A stretch of 64,000 nt of DNA, from NCBI GenBank assembly GCA_045641865.1, contig JAZUHW010000002.1, positions 10,872 to 74,871 on the forward strand, written 5' to 3'. Below are positions 9,206 through 19,470 of this stretch, piece by piece. Source of the stretch: Candidatus Nanosyncoccus sp. (lineage in GTDB: Bacteria; Patescibacteriota; Saccharimonadia; Saccharimonadales; Saccharimonadaceae). Positions within the stretch are counted from its first letter, which is position 1, and every line of letters starts with the position of its first letter. The position numbers and the translations under genes are program-made. Below the pieces are notes generated by a model. That model was given only the letters and a program-made list of their open reading frames with translations. It had not been told where the DNA came from and did no database searches.

Positions 9206-10375
9206 ATGGAAATAGTTATGATTATTTTGGGGGTGATTGCAGTAGTTTTATTAGTGGTGCTTTTGGTGCGCAAGCCCAAGGTTCAGGCCGACACCAAAGA
9301 TTTAGAAGAGCGCATGATTCGCATCGAGGGCGAATTAGACAAATTAACACCAAAGATTTCGGCGGAATTTCGTGAAAATCGCAAAGAAATTGCCCAAAAT
9401 CTCGCTAGTATTCAAAAAACTGTTGATACGAAGATAAAAGATTTACAAGACGACAACGCTAAAAAACTCGAAGAAATGCGCGAAACCGTAGATGAAAAGT
9501 TGCAAAAATCGGTTGAGAAACGCTTCAACGAGAGTTTTAAAACTATCTCTGGACAGCTCACCCAAGTCTATCAAGGTCTCGGCGAGATGCGTAACCTTGC
9601 CACAGGAGTCGGTGACCTGAAAAAGGTGATGGAAGGCGTCAAAACCCGCGGTATTTATGGCGAAGTTCAGCTCGGCAATATCATCGAGGATATGCTCTCC
9701 CCTGGTCAATATGAGGAGGATGTGATTACTAAAAAAGGTTCCCGCGATCGTGTAGAATTTGCCATCAAGATGCCGGGCAAAAAGACCACTGTATTCCTCC
9801 CAATTGACTCCAAATTCCCCGTTGAAAATTATGCTCGTCTCAACGCTGCCTATGACGCTGGCGACAAAGCCGCCATCGCGCAATACCAAAAAGCTCTGGC
9901 TACCGATGTCAAAGAGCAGGCCAAGAAAATCTTCACTAAATACATCGACCCGCCTGCCACAACTGATTATGGCATCATGTTCGTCCCGACCGAAAGTCTC
10001 TATGCTGAGATTTTGCGTATTTCTGGCTTAACAGATGAAATTCGCCGCAAATTCAATGTCACGCTGGCTTCCCCGTCCACTTTGCCGGTGATTCTTTCTG
10101 GGCTTCTGATGGGCTTTCGCACTGTGGCGATTGAGCAGCGTTCTGCTGAAGTTTGGCAGACGCTCGGTGCCGTCAAGACACAATTTAGTAAATTTGGCGA
10201 CCTCTTGGCCGCTACCAAGAAGAAACTCCAAGAAACTGCCAACAAAATTGGCTCGGCTGAAACCACTTCGCGCCAAATCGAGCGTAAATTAAAGGGCGTA
10301 GAGGCCCTGCCAGAACACGAATCAGTCAAGATGATTGGCGATGTGAGCAGCGATCTTGCTGAGGACAAAGAATAA
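9206..10375 (+). CDS. rmuC: DNA recombination protein RmuC
   Basis: 389-aa ORF with an N-terminal TM anchor, a long coiled-coil region and an RmuC-type C-terminal nuclease-like domain. Confidence 0.75.
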   Translation: MEIVMIILGVIAVVLLVVLLVRKPKVQADTKDLEERMIRIEGELDKLTPKISAEFRENRKEIAQNLASIQKTVDTKIKDLQDDNAKKLEEMRETVDEKLQKSVEKRFNESFKTISGQLTQVYQGLGEMRNLATGVGDLKKVMEGVKTRGIYGEVQLGNIIEDMLSPGQYEEDVITKKGSRDRVEFAIKMPGKKTTVFLPIDSKFPVENYARLNAAYDAGDKAAIAQYQKALATDVKEQAKKIFTKYIDPPATTDYGIMFVPTESLYAEILRISGLTDEIRRKFNVTLASPSTLPVILSGLLMGFRTVAIEQRSAEVWQTLGAVKTQFSKFGDLLAATKKKLQETANKIGSAETTSRQIERKLKGVEALPEHESVKMIGDVSSDLAEDKE

Positions 10376-12598
10376 AATACAAGCCCCAGCTACCAGACAA
10401 CCCGCAGCGATAATTGAATTAAAGGTCAAAAGTTCAATTGAGAAGAAACCGCGCACCAGCGGGATGCAGAACGCTGCAACCATGATTAAAATCAGCCCAA
10501 TTATCAGAGATACACGTAATTTGTTGAGTGGCCTAGAAATACGATAAATCAGCGCCAAACCAATCGCGAAAATCAGCACCACTGCAATGGTCGCGGTCTG
10601 TTCATAAGAGAAATTACAGATAGACGAAGTAATTGTAGCTGCTAAAATCCCTAGAGTAATGGTCAGACCAGTCGGAATGGAATATTGGATGATATTGCGT
10701 GTAAAGAGGTTTTTGACTCGTTGATTATTCGGCTCCAGCGCCAAGATAAAGGCTGGCGCACCGATGGTGAAGAAATTGAGGAATGTCATAGTAATCGGAG
10801 AAAATGGTGGCTGAAAATTGATAAAAATGAAGATAATTGCAAGTAGTGTTGCATAACAAGTTTTGGCCAAAAACAGAGTAGCCGAGCGCTCCAAGTTATT
10901 GATGGTGCGGCGCCCTTCCCCGATGATATTTGGGATGGAACTAAAATTCGACCCCAGTAGCACTAATTTAGATACCTGACGGGCGGCATCGGTGCCTTCC
11001 CCGATAGAAATACTACAATCGGCCTCTTTCATCGCCAAAACGTCGTTAACGCCATCACCAGTCATTGCTACGGTGCGCCCCTGTTTTTTGAGAGCTAGAA
11101 TCAGGGCTTTTTTCTGCTCTGGCTTGACCCTGGCGAAGATATTGTATTCTTTGACCAGTTTGGCGTAATTAGGCTTCTTTAAAGTAGATAAATCAACTGC
11201 TTTGGGGTCTTGGAATCCAACTTGCGCAGCAATACCAGAGATGGTAATAGGATTATCGCCAGAAATGATTCTGGCGTCGACCTCATTATCGCGGAAGAAT
11301 TGAATAATTTCGGGAGCGTCTTTTCTAATTACATCTTTAATTAGGACAAAGCCAATAATATCGTCAGTTTTGCCAGTGCGCTTTAAGATAGTGAGGACAC
11401 GGTGTTCCTGAGATAGTTCCGTCGCTTGTCTGTGGTAGGTTTTGTCATCAGTCAAGTATTCCAACGCGCCAATCAGATAAGTAGTATTTTTGACTTTCAC
11501 CCCTGAATATTTGCGATCAGATGAAAACGGAATGAGACCATCAGCTTTCACTCTTGACTTCGTGCCAAATTTATGTCGTAATGCTTGAAAAGTAGCATTG
11601 TTATCTTGCAGATTGGTTGATAAAATACCAGCTATTTCCGTCAGTTCTACCTCAGTATGCTTGCCCAATGGCAAGGTATCCACCACCGACATCTCCCCTG
11701 TTGTAATGGTGCCGGTTTTGTCCAGACAGATAGTATCGACTCGTGCCAGCGTCTCTATTGCATAGAGGTCTTGCACTAAAACTTTGCGTTTGGACAGGCG
11801 AATTGTGCTCAGTGCTAACACCGTAGAAGTTAAAAGAATTAACCCCTCTGGAATCATACTAATTAAGGTGCCAACTGTAGAAGTAACGGCACGCTGAGTG
11901 TCATCACTGATAGCAAACTGTTTCCAGAGTAAGAAAATGCCAATCGGAATCAAAATAATAGAGATAACTTTGATAATTTGGTTTAAAGTAGTGAGGAGTT
12001 TAGAGGGGGCAGATTTGATGGTTTTGGCTCCTTTCAATAACGAAGAAGTGAAATTATCAGCCCCTACAGCAGTAACTTCGGCATAGCAGGTGCCACTAAC
12101 CACAAAACTCCCAGAGGTGAGGTCGGCGCCATCAGATTTGGCAATATTGTCCGATTCACCGGTGATAAAGGATTCATTTACCTCGACATCCCCCTCTAGA
12201 ATCTTCGAATCAACTACCACTTGGCTACCCAGAGTGTATTTAATCACATCACCCAGCACAATCTCTTCGTTGGCGATTTTGTGCTCTTTGCCATCTCTAA
12301 TTACAGTCTGTTTTTGCGCGGATATCAGGGAGAGTTTATCTACGATTTTTTTGGCGCGGACATCATTAAAAATACCAATCGCGGTGTTAATAATAGCTAC
12401 AAAGAAAAATAGCGCGTTTTTATACGATCCAACCCAAAAAATCAGCCCAGCCAAAATCAGGTTGACCAAGTTAAACAAGGTCAGAGTGTGCTTCTTCACA
12501 ATCGAGCCAATAGAGGTGGTTTTCGTCTGCGCGACATTCACCTGCCCTTTGGCAATGCGCTCCCGGACTTGTTGTTTAGTTAAGCCTTGTATCGCCAT
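10322..12598 (-). CDS. cation-transporting P-type ATPase
   Basis: 758-aa ORF with the phosphorylation motif DKTGTIT, the hinge GDGVNDVLAM and TGES. Ends on TGA inside the rmuC 3' end. Confidence 0.9.
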   Translation of the reverse strand: MAIQGLTKQQVRERIAKGQVNVAQTKTTSIGSIVKKHTLTLFNLVNLILAGLIFWVGSYKNALFFFVAIINTAIGIFNDVRAKKIVDKLSLISAQKQTVIRDGKEHKIANEEIVLGDVIKYTLGSQVVVDSKILEGDVEVNESFITGESDNIAKSDGADLTSGSFVVSGTCYAEVTAVGADNFTSSLLKGAKTIKSAPSKLLTTLNQIIKVISIILIPIGIFLLWKQFAISDDTQRAVTSTVGTLISMIPEGLILLTSTVLALSTIRLSKRKVLVQDLYAIETLARVDTICLDKTGTITTGEMSVVDTLPLGKHTEVELTEIAGILSTNLQDNNATFQALRHKFGTKSRVKADGLIPFSSDRKYSGVKVKNTTYLIGALEYLTDDKTYHRQATELSQEHRVLTILKRTGKTDDIIGFVLIKDVIRKDAPEIIQFFRDNEVDARIISGDNPITISGIAAQVGFQDPKAVDLSTLKKPNYAKLVKEYNIFARVKPEQKKALILALKKQGRTVAMTGDGVNDVLAMKEADCSISIGEGTDAARQVSKLVLLGSNFSSIPNIIGEGRRTINNLERSATLFLAKTCYATLLAIIFIFINFQPPFSPITMTFLNFFTIGAPAFILALEPNNQRVKNLFTRNIIQYSIPTGLTITLGILAATITSSICNFSYEQTATIAVVLIFAIGLALIYRISRPLNKLRVSLIIGLILIMVAAFCIPLVRGFFSIELLTFNSIIAAGCLVAGACILFFVLSKIAAHIANHLD

Positions 12599-13203
12599 TA
12601 GAGTTTAGTCCTGTTAGATAATGCAGCTAAAAGGGTCATCTGGTCGGCGTAGGCTAGGTCCACTCCTTGAGGCAGGCCACGAGCCAAGCGCGTAATCGAG
12701 AGTTTTGGATATTTTTCGTGTAATAATTTTTGCAGTAATAAAGCTGTTGACTCCCCTTCAACAGAGGGATTAGTAGCGATAATTACTTCTTTGGCATCAT
12801 CATCTTTAACACGTTTTACGAGCTCGTTAATATGTAGCTGATCTGGGGTAATACCGTCAATTGGCGAAATTACACCCCCCAACACATGATAAGTTCCCTT
12901 ATACTGTTTAGTTTGCTCAATAGCATAAATATCTAGCGGCTCTTCTACTACCAAGATCACACTTTTGTCACGCTCTGGGTCGCTGTACAGGGGTGAAACG
13001 TCATCTTTTTTGTCTATTAAAGCAAAAGTCATCGGGCAAGATTTTACCCCATCGTGTAGCCCATTCAACGAATCGGCCAGATTTTGACAAAGTTTTGCAT
13101 CTTGGCGAAACAAAAAATAAGCATAGCGCTCAGCCGTGCGTGGACCTACGCCTGGCAAACAACCGAGCGCATCAATCGCTTCCCTGAGAGCTTTTGGTAG
13201 CAT
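12598..13203 (-). CDS. recR: recombination protein RecR
   Basis: 201-aa ORF with the helix-hairpin-helix LPGVGPRTAER and a Toprim domain. Confidence 0.9.
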   Translation of the reverse strand: MLPKALREAIDALGCLPGVGPRTAERYAYFLFRQDAKLCQNLADSLNGLHDGVKSCPMTFALIDKKDDVSPLYSDPERDKSVILVVEEPLDIYAIEQTKQYKGTYHVLGGVISPIDGITPDQLHINELVKRVKDDDAKEVIIATNPSVEGESTALLLQKLLHEKYPKLSITRLARGLPQGVDLAYADQMTLLAALSNRTKL

Positions 13204-13500
13204 TTAGAATCCTAAGCTGCCGAGACCGCCCATTAATGGCTTCATCTTATCAGTGGCAATTTCCTGAGCTTTGGCATAGCCATCGCGCATACAGTTCTCG
13301 ATCCAGCGCTCTAATTCGTGGATGTCATCCAAATCGATTTTATCAGGGTCAATTTGGACTTTTTTGATCTTCAATTCCCCGTTAATTTGCACAATCACGG
13401 CACCATCGCCAGCTTCAACTTCGACGATTTCCTTTTTTAAGTCTTTTTGTGCTTTACGTAACTGATTAATCATCTTCATCTGATCAGCAGTTTGTCCCAT
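13204..13500 (-). CDS. ybaB: YbaB/EbfC nucleoid-associated protein
   Basis: 98-aa ORF in the classical position between dnaX-side genes and recR, with a typical YbaB sequence pattern. Confidence 0.8.
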   Translation of the reverse strand: MGQTADQMKMINQLRKAQKDLKKEIVEVEAGDGAVIVQINGELKIKKVQIDPDKIDLDDIHELERWIENCMRDGYAKAQEIATDKMKPLMGGLGSLGF

Positions 13501-14978
13501 TATTTTTCCTCCGTTTTATTAGATTCAATGTATAGATATATTCTATCAGAATTATTGACTTTTGGCGAGGTGATAATGCAATCGAGTTGGCCAAGTGAAC
13601 CAGGATGTTCCCATTTACCTAAAGTGGCGAGATGTCCCGAATATTTGACCGGCACATCTGTAACGACATTAATACCAGCAGATTGAGGTAACATTTTGTA
13701 AAAATCATATTCAAGCGATTTTTCTGACACTAACAGAGTGTCGCCGTTTTGTAGATTAGTCTGGATTAGAGCTAGATCGTTTGAAAATTGACCGGCCACC
13801 GGTGGACTATAACGATAGCCAAAAACAAAGTGTGACAAGTCAGACACAATCATAATAGCCATTAAGATACTAATTGGTACAATTGCAAAAACGCGTGCAT
13901 AAGGGTTTTCTGGGAATAATCCGTACCATTTTTCCAATAGATAGCGCAAACCATGTGCGACCAAAATCGCTAGAGGCAGGACTAATAGTGCGGCTACACT
14001 AGGGTTAAAACCAGCGAAGATAACAGTGAAAATCACCAACCAAACGGCCAAAGCATTGCGCGAAGCAAAGAAGCCTTTGGCAGTGGAAATAATACCAATT
14101 ACAGCCAAGGCTATTGAGGCTAAGCCAATTACTGGTGCTAAGAAAATTCCTTCAATATTACCGGTCCAAGTGAAGAAAGGCAAAAAGGCATCACCAAGAT
14201 TAGCAAGATACTTACCAATTGAAAAATCATTAGTGAAGACTAATGCTAGCAAATTTGACCAGTTTTGAACGGCGCAAAAGCCAACTAGCCCTAAACCGCC
14301 TAACATAATGATAATGACCACGAGTAAAGGTATTTTTGGCAGTTGTTTAACCGTAAAACGCAGATGTGGGCTAGTCAATACGAAGATAATGATAAATAGT
14401 ACCAGATAGATCATATAAGGAGTAAAGGCCGACAAAATCAAAGCAAAACTGAGCAAAATTGCCCAAAACGGCCGTGGTTGATTTTTGCCGTCGTTTTTCC
14501 CTTGGACTTTACCTCCTAACCAAAGGAGCAAAGTTGGCCAAAAGACGAACATAATCATCGGTGTGCCAGTGCCAGACAAGAAGAAGAATGCCACCGCCAA
14601 CACACTAATAATCGAAGCCAATAGAGCGACATTACGTTTAAACCAGCGATTTAAGAGTAAGACTAACAGTACGCCCAAAATTACTCCTAGAATCATACTC
14701 GGGAGCTTAATACTATAAGCCGATAGCCCAAATAAAGTAATAGAAAGTTTTTGTAAAACCCGATATGGGAGATCAATAATATCACCTTCGGGTAAAGAAG
14801 CGAAGTGCGTGTTATTCGAAGTTACTGCTGAGCGCATTTCGGCATCAGATAGGCCATTTGGTGACAATAGTGGCAATGAAAAAACTAGTCCCAAAAATGC
14901 GATTGCGAGCAGAATATAGCCAATCGTAAAACGATGCTTATACAAAAAAAGTTTTGAAATCACGAGTTTCTTTTTCAC
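13500..14978 (-). CDS. polytopic membrane protein (possible GT39/ArnT-like glycosyltransferase)
   Basis: 492-aa ORF with more than 10 predicted TM segments and a C-terminal soluble domain. The function is only a guess from its architecture. Confidence 0.35.
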   Translation of the reverse strand: MKKKLVISKLFLYKHRFTIGYILLAIAFLGLVFSLPLLSPNGLSDAEMRSAVTSNNTHFASLPEGDIIDLPYRVLQKLSITLFGLSAYSIKLPSMILGVILGVLLVLLLNRWFKRNVALLASIISVLAVAFFFLSGTGTPMIMFVFWPTLLLWLGGKVQGKNDGKNQPRPFWAILLSFALILSAFTPYMIYLVLFIIIFVLTSPHLRFTVKQLPKIPLLVVIIIMLGGLGLVGFCAVQNWSNLLALVFTNDFSIGKYLANLGDAFLPFFTWTGNIEGIFLAPVIGLASIALAVIGIISTAKGFFASRNALAVWLVIFTVIFAGFNPSVAALLVLPLAILVAHGLRYLLEKWYGLFPENPYARVFAIVPISILMAIMIVSDLSHFVFGYRYSPPVAGQFSNDLALIQTNLQNGDTLLVSEKSLEYDFYKMLPQSAGINVVTDVPVKYSGHLATLGKWEHPGSLGQLDCIITSPKVNNSDRIYLYIESNKTEEK

Positions 14979-15011
14979 ATAAACATTATAGCATATTTTA
15001 AGCGCTTTGGA

Positions 15012-16373
15012 TTAGTCGCTATGCTTTTTATCCAGAGAGACGAGACGGTTATGTTGGTCGTCGAAGTATAGTTCAACTTTGCCAATTGGCCCGTGGCGAT
15101 GTTTATCAATCAAAATCTCGGTAATTTTAGTTTCTTCATAATCTTCTTCGTTTTTATGGTAATAATCAGGACGGTGGATAAACATCACAATGTCGGCGTC
15201 TTGCTCGATAGAGCCAGATTCACGCAAATCAGATAGTACTGGGCGGGGATTTTCACGATTGGTCACATTACGTGATAGCTGCGCCAAGGCGATGACTGGG
15301 ATTTGTAGCTCCTTAGCAATCGTTTTGAGCCCCTGTGAAATTTCGGTGACCTCTTGGACACGATTTCCGGCATAGCGCTCAGAACCCTTAATCAGCTGTA
15401 AATAATCAATCACGATGGCGCCAATATCATGTTCATGGGCAGCGCGACGAACTTTGTTGCGGAGCTCGTAGATGTCATAACCGCTACTTTCATCAATATA
15501 AAGTGGAATTTCACTCATATCACCGAGCGCATCGCCAATTTTAGCAAAATCATCATCTGAAACATTACCTGTGCGGATGTTCCAACTTTTGACATTGGAC
15601 ATATCAGAGATCATACGATCAACAATTTCAGCTTGTGACATTTCCATAGTCAAGAACAATACGCCACGCTTATTGATATTGGCAATATTTAGAGCAAGGT
15701 TTTGGCCAAAAGTGGTTTTACCCATTGATGGACGACCGCCGATAATAATCAAGTCTCCCTGCTGGAAGCCAGCTGTTTTATTATCTATATCGTGATAACC
15801 GGTTTTAAGACCGCGCAATTCCCCTTTATTTTTATGGAGCTTTTCGATACGCTCAAATGCCTCCGACAACAAGTCTTCCAAGGCCTGATATTCCGTTTTG
15901 GTATTTTCATTGGATACATTAAAAAGTTCTTTTTCGGCTTGGCCAAGTAAATCGACCGTAGAAGTATCAGCTTTGTAAGCACCTTCGGTAATTGCGGTGC
16001 CGGCGGCAATCAGGCGACGGCGAACCGAGGCCTGTTCAACCAAGTCAGCATAGGCACTAGCATGCGAAGCAGTCGGCACAAAATTGGATAATTCGGTTAA
16101 ATAAGGCGAGCCACCGACTTCTTTAAGGGTTTTTTGCTTACGGAGTTCTGCAGTGAGAGTTAAGAGATCAATTGGCTGATTTTTGTTATAAAGCGAAACC
16201 ATACCTTGGAAGATTTTTTGGTGACGGGGGTCGTAAAAATCAGTCGATTTGATTTTGGCTACAATCTCTGGAAAAGCATCTTCGGCAATCAAAATGGCAC
16301 CCAAGACTGACTTCTCAGCATTAATGTCTTGGGGCGGAATGCGACCCTCAGTGTTAGAACGGGGTGTTGCCAC
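15012..16373 (-). CDS. dnaB: replicative DNA helicase DnaB (GTG start)
   Basis: 453-aa ORF with Walker A GGRPSMGKTTF and the DnaB N- and C-domains. SD AAAGGAGGAG lies upstream of the GTG. Confidence 0.92.
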   Translation of the reverse strand: MATPRSNTEGRIPPQDINAEKSVLGAILIAEDAFPEIVAKIKSTDFYDPRHQKIFQGMVSLYNKNQPIDLLTLTAELRKQKTLKEVGGSPYLTELSNFVPTASHASAYADLVEQASVRRRLIAAGTAITEGAYKADTSTVDLLGQAEKELFNVSNENTKTEYQALEDLLSEAFERIEKLHKNKGELRGLKTGYHDIDNKTAGFQQGDLIIIGGRPSMGKTTFGQNLALNIANINKRGVLFLTMEMSQAEIVDRMISDMSNVKSWNIRTGNVSDDDFAKIGDALGDMSEIPLYIDESSGYDIYELRNKVRRAAHEHDIGAIVIDYLQLIKGSERYAGNRVQEVTEISQGLKTIAKELQIPVIALAQLSRNVTNRENPRPVLSDLRESGSIEQDADIVMFIHRPDYYHKNEEDYEETKITEILIDKHRHGPIGKVELYFDDQHNRLVSLDKKHSD

Positions 16374-17685
16374 TATGCTCCTCCTTTATATTATCTCCCA
16401 TTATAGCAGAAATCTCGGTTAGTGTGGGGTCTTTTGGAGCAGATTCGGGACTTTCGACCACAATTTCAACTTGGGTATATTTTGAGAAAATGCCATCGGC
16501 GTTGTAATTATTAAAAATTTGGCGTGTAGCCTTGTTATTTGGGAAAATATGCAGGACGTTATTAGTAAATTTATATTTACTGTTTTGCAGCATGCGAGCT
16601 AGAGCAGTATTTTCTTGCTCAATTTGCTCAATGAAATTGGACCAATTAAAATCATCGTCAAGGGGCTGTTCCGGAACAGGTGCGGTTTGAGGAGTAGCTT
16701 TAGCTTTGGTCGTTTTGGTGGATTTAGGCGGCAAAGGTGCTGGCATAGTTGGCGTTGCGACATTAGGTAAAAATGCCAACAAGAGCTTAGCTTCAGCGAA
16801 TGGGTCGGTCACATCGGGCAATGTTTTTAACAGGGGCAATAAAGCCGGTTCAGGTTGTTCAATAATCAAATTAATTAAATTTGTAGCCAAAATATGAGGT
16901 TTTGTCCCACTAGCCAAAAAATCTTTTAATGCTTTGACGATTTTAGTGCTGTCTTGTTTTTTATAAAAATCAAGTAACTGTTCAAGCTGTTGAGTGGGTG
17001 GCAAACCTAGTGCTTGGTTAACGTCGGCTACGGTGATTTTTTGGTCAGACAAAGTAGCAATTTGGTCGAGTAAAGAAATTGAATCACGGAACGAACCACC
17101 ACCATGTTGAACGATGAGATGCAGTGCTTTGTCTTCAATTGGGATTTTTTCGGCTTTGGCGATCGCTTTCAAATGTTCAAACATCGTCTTCGAATCAGCG
17201 AGCTGAAAACGGAAAATCTGTGTACGCGAAGTAATAGTTGCCGGAACTTGTTGTGGATCGGTTGTTGCTAAGATAAAAATTACATGTTCGGGCGGTTCTT
17301 CTAAAGTCTTGAGGAGCGCATTAAAAGCTCCTTTAGAAAGCATATGAACCTCGTCAATAATATACAATTTATATTGACCATTCGTGGGAGCAATGGCAAT
17401 TTTTTCGCGTAAATTACGGATATTTTCCACACCATTATTAGAGGCACCGTCGATTTCAATAATGTCAATATGATCATCTTCAATTTTATAGTCAAAATCA
17501 TTAACGGCGTGTGCAAAAATACGTGCAACTGAGGTTTTGCCGGTACCACGGGGTCCGGTAAATAAATATGCATGCGAAAATTTATGCTGTTTGAGGGCCT
17601 TCGCTAAAGTTTTAGTTACGGTATCTTGCCCAATCACATCAGCCAAAGTGGTTGGTCGATATTTACGATATAAAGCCGTGCTCAT
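16354..17685 (-). CDS. dnaX: DNA polymerase III subunit gamma/tau
   Basis: 443-aa ORF with GPRGTGKTS, DEVHMLS and a sensor motif. Confidence 0.9.
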   Translation of the reverse strand: MSTALYRKYRPTTLADVIGQDTVTKTLAKALKQHKFSHAYLFTGPRGTGKTSVARIFAHAVNDFDYKIEDDHIDIIEIDGASNNGVENIRNLREKIAIAPTNGQYKLYIIDEVHMLSKGAFNALLKTLEEPPEHVIFILATTDPQQVPATITSRTQIFRFQLADSKTMFEHLKAIAKAEKIPIEDKALHLIVQHGGGSFRDSISLLDQIATLSDQKITVADVNQALGLPPTQQLEQLLDFYKKQDSTKIVKALKDFLASGTKPHILATNLINLIIEQPEPALLPLLKTLPDVTDPFAEAKLLLAFLPNVATPTMPAPLPPKSTKTTKAKATPQTAPVPEQPLDDDFNWSNFIEQIEQENTALARMLQNSKYKFTNNVLHIFPNNKATRQIFNNYNADGIFSKYTQVEIVVESPESAPKDPTLTEISAIMGDNIKEEHSGNTPF

Positions 17686-18203
17686 TAGAGGGCCGCTTCA
17701 ACGGCAGCCCAAGCAGCTTGGTCGTTGTTTGCTGGGATAATCACTGAAACTTGAGCGCCTTCTTTTAGGTGGAAATAGGTCACAGAAGCGTATAAAATCT
17801 CGTATTCTTTGCCAGCAACTTCGACATAGTATTTGTCGTCATGATGAACCATAGTGCCAATCACAGTTTTGCGTTCGACTGGACCGATCTGCTTGTAGAG
17901 GAATTTGCCATCCGGAGAAATAGTCAGTTTCATAATATCGCCTTCGACAAGCTTTGATTTACTAGCATAATTAGCAGGAACTGGATAATTTTTGCCGTCT
18001 GGGCCGATCATGATTTGGCCATCAAAAACGCCCTCAATAACTTTGCTATCACCATCAGCTACCACAGTTTCACGAGGAACAGTAATAGCATCGCCGTCAC
18101 CAAGAACAGATACCAAAAGTTCTTTGGCAGCCGACAAGTTAGTCTCAGCCTCTTGAATTAAGCTTCGTAATCGTTTTATTTGTTTTTCTGGTAATTCAGA
18201 CAT
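17685..18203 (-). CDS. hypothetical protein (first gene of the dnaX-dnaB operon)
   Basis: 172-aa ORF with an N-terminal coiled coil then a beta-rich domain. No family recognised. Confidence 0.5.
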   Translation of the reverse strand: MSELPEKQIKRLRSLIQEAETNLSAAKELLVSVLGDGDAITVPRETVVADGDSKVIEGVFDGQIMIGPDGKNYPVPANYASKSKLVEGDIMKLTISPDGKFLYKQIGPVERKTVIGTMVHHDDKYYVEVAGKEYEILYASVTYFHLKEGAQVSVIIPANNDQAAWAAVEAAL

Positions 18204-18233
18204 ACCTCACATCCTACATATAATATTAACTTT

Positions 18234-18262
18234 ATCATACAGTATTCAATTTTTTTTGTCAA
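18234..18262 (-). promoter_or_regulatory. sigma-70-type promoter (TTGACA - 17 nt - TATGAT)
   Basis: The reverse complement reads TTGACAaaaaaaattgaatactgTATGAT, about 30 nt upstream of the 17685-18203 ORF start. Confidence 0.5.
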
Positions 18263-18334
18263 GGTTTTGGGAGTAAAGTTTTCCACCGACTTAACAGAGA
18301 ATAATGGGGCAATGTTGTAAAAAATAACAAAAAC

Positions 18335-18366
18335 AAAAGCCATCTGAGAAATCCCAGATGGCTTTT
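18335..18366 (-). terminator. intrinsic terminator after rplL
   Basis: 10-bp stem AAGCCATCTG/CAGATGGCTT with A/T runs on both sides. Confidence 0.75.
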
Positions 18367-18391
18367 GCCACAATTAATCGACTGAAAAGTG

Positions 18392-18775
18392 TTAGGCCAA
18401 TTCGACGGTAGCGCCAGCCTCTTCGAGAGCTTTTTTCATAGCTTCGGCGTCGTCTTTGGCAACTTTTTCTTTGACGGTAGCAGGAGCACCATCAACGATT
18501 GCCTTGGCTTCGCCAAGACCAAGACCGGTAGCTTCTTTGACGGCCTTGATGACGGCAATCTTTTGATCGCCGGCAGCTTTGAGCACAACATCGTACTCAG
18601 ATTTGCCTTCGTCGGCACCAGCGGCACCGCCTTCGGCAGGAGCGGCAACAGCAACAGCCGCGGCAGCAGCTGGCTCGATGCCGTATTCGTCCTTAAGGAC
18701 ATTTTTGAGTTCGTTGACTTCGAGAACGGTCAATTTGACGAGTTCTTCAGCCAATTTCTTGATATCTGTAGCCAT
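18392..18775 (-). CDS. rplL: 50S ribosomal protein L7/L12
   Basis: 127-aa ORF with an Ala-rich hinge and a conserved C-terminal domain. Confidence 0.95.
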   Translation of the reverse strand: MATDIKKLAEELVKLTVLEVNELKNVLKDEYGIEPAAAAAVAVAAPAEGGAAGADEGKSEYDVVLKAAGDQKIAVIKAVKEATGLGLGEAKAIVDGAPATVKEKVAKDDAEAMKKALEEAGATVELA

Positions 18776-18805
18776 GTTAATTCCTTTCTAAAAAATACTA
18801 ATAAA

Positions 18806-19330
18806 TTAATTGGTTGCGTGAGCTTCGAGGCCGGAGACAATTCCGGAGAGACCACCCGAAAGTCCAGAAACTGAATCGGTAACAGGCGAAAGCAATTGTG
18901 CCACCACTTGTGCGACAAGTTCGTCTCTGGATGGAAGAGCAGCCAGTTCCCCAATCGTTTCGGCCGGAACATTAGCGCCGGTTTCGTTGAAACCGCCAGC
19001 AATTTGTAAAGCGTCGTGCGTCTTGGCAAAAGTTGCTAGAACTTTAGCCGGAGCAACTTCGTCGCTATCAGAGACAGCATAAAGCAATTGGCCGGTCAGG
19101 CCAGTTGTGTCAGTGTCTTTGTAGACGGCGATTTCGCCCATGGCGACGCGAACCAAACGGTTCTTGACGACCTTAATAGTCACGCCGGCTTCACGAGCCG
19201 CAGCGCGTAAATCTTGCATATCGGCAACTGTTAATCCCTGATATTCAGCGAAAACAGTCATTTTGGCATCCGACAACAAGGCTTTGAGATCAGCAACCAA
19301 AGTTTGTTTTTTGGACTTTGAAATTGCCAT
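18806..19330 (-). CDS. rplJ: 50S ribosomal protein L10
   Basis: 174-aa ORF immediately upstream of rplL. Confidence 0.92.
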   Translation of the reverse strand: MAISKSKKQTLVADLKALLSDAKMTVFAEYQGLTVADMQDLRAAAREAGVTIKVVKNRLVRVAMGEIAVYKDTDTTGLTGQLLYAVSDSDEVAPAKVLATFAKTHDALQIAGGFNETGANVPAETIGELAALPSRDELVAQVVAQLLSPVTDSVSGLSGGLSGIVSGLEAHATN

Positions 19331-19470
19331 AAAAAGTTCCTAAAAATCAGTCGATCAAATTGTTAAATAGCGTCACCAAATAAAATAGAAGAAGATTCCT
19401 CGGTGGCATGATTAAGGTTTAACACCCGCCACTGTCTTTGGTAACTTCTTCTATTGTATCAAATTTCTAC
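19331..19470 (-). promoter_or_regulatory. candidate L10 (rplJ) leader RNA with its own -10 box
   Basis: In the minus-strand reading, TGATACAAT is followed by a nested stem: TAGAAGAAG...CTTCTTCTA enclosing GTGGC...GCCAC. The position matches known L10-leader autoregulatory elements. Confidence 0.4.
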
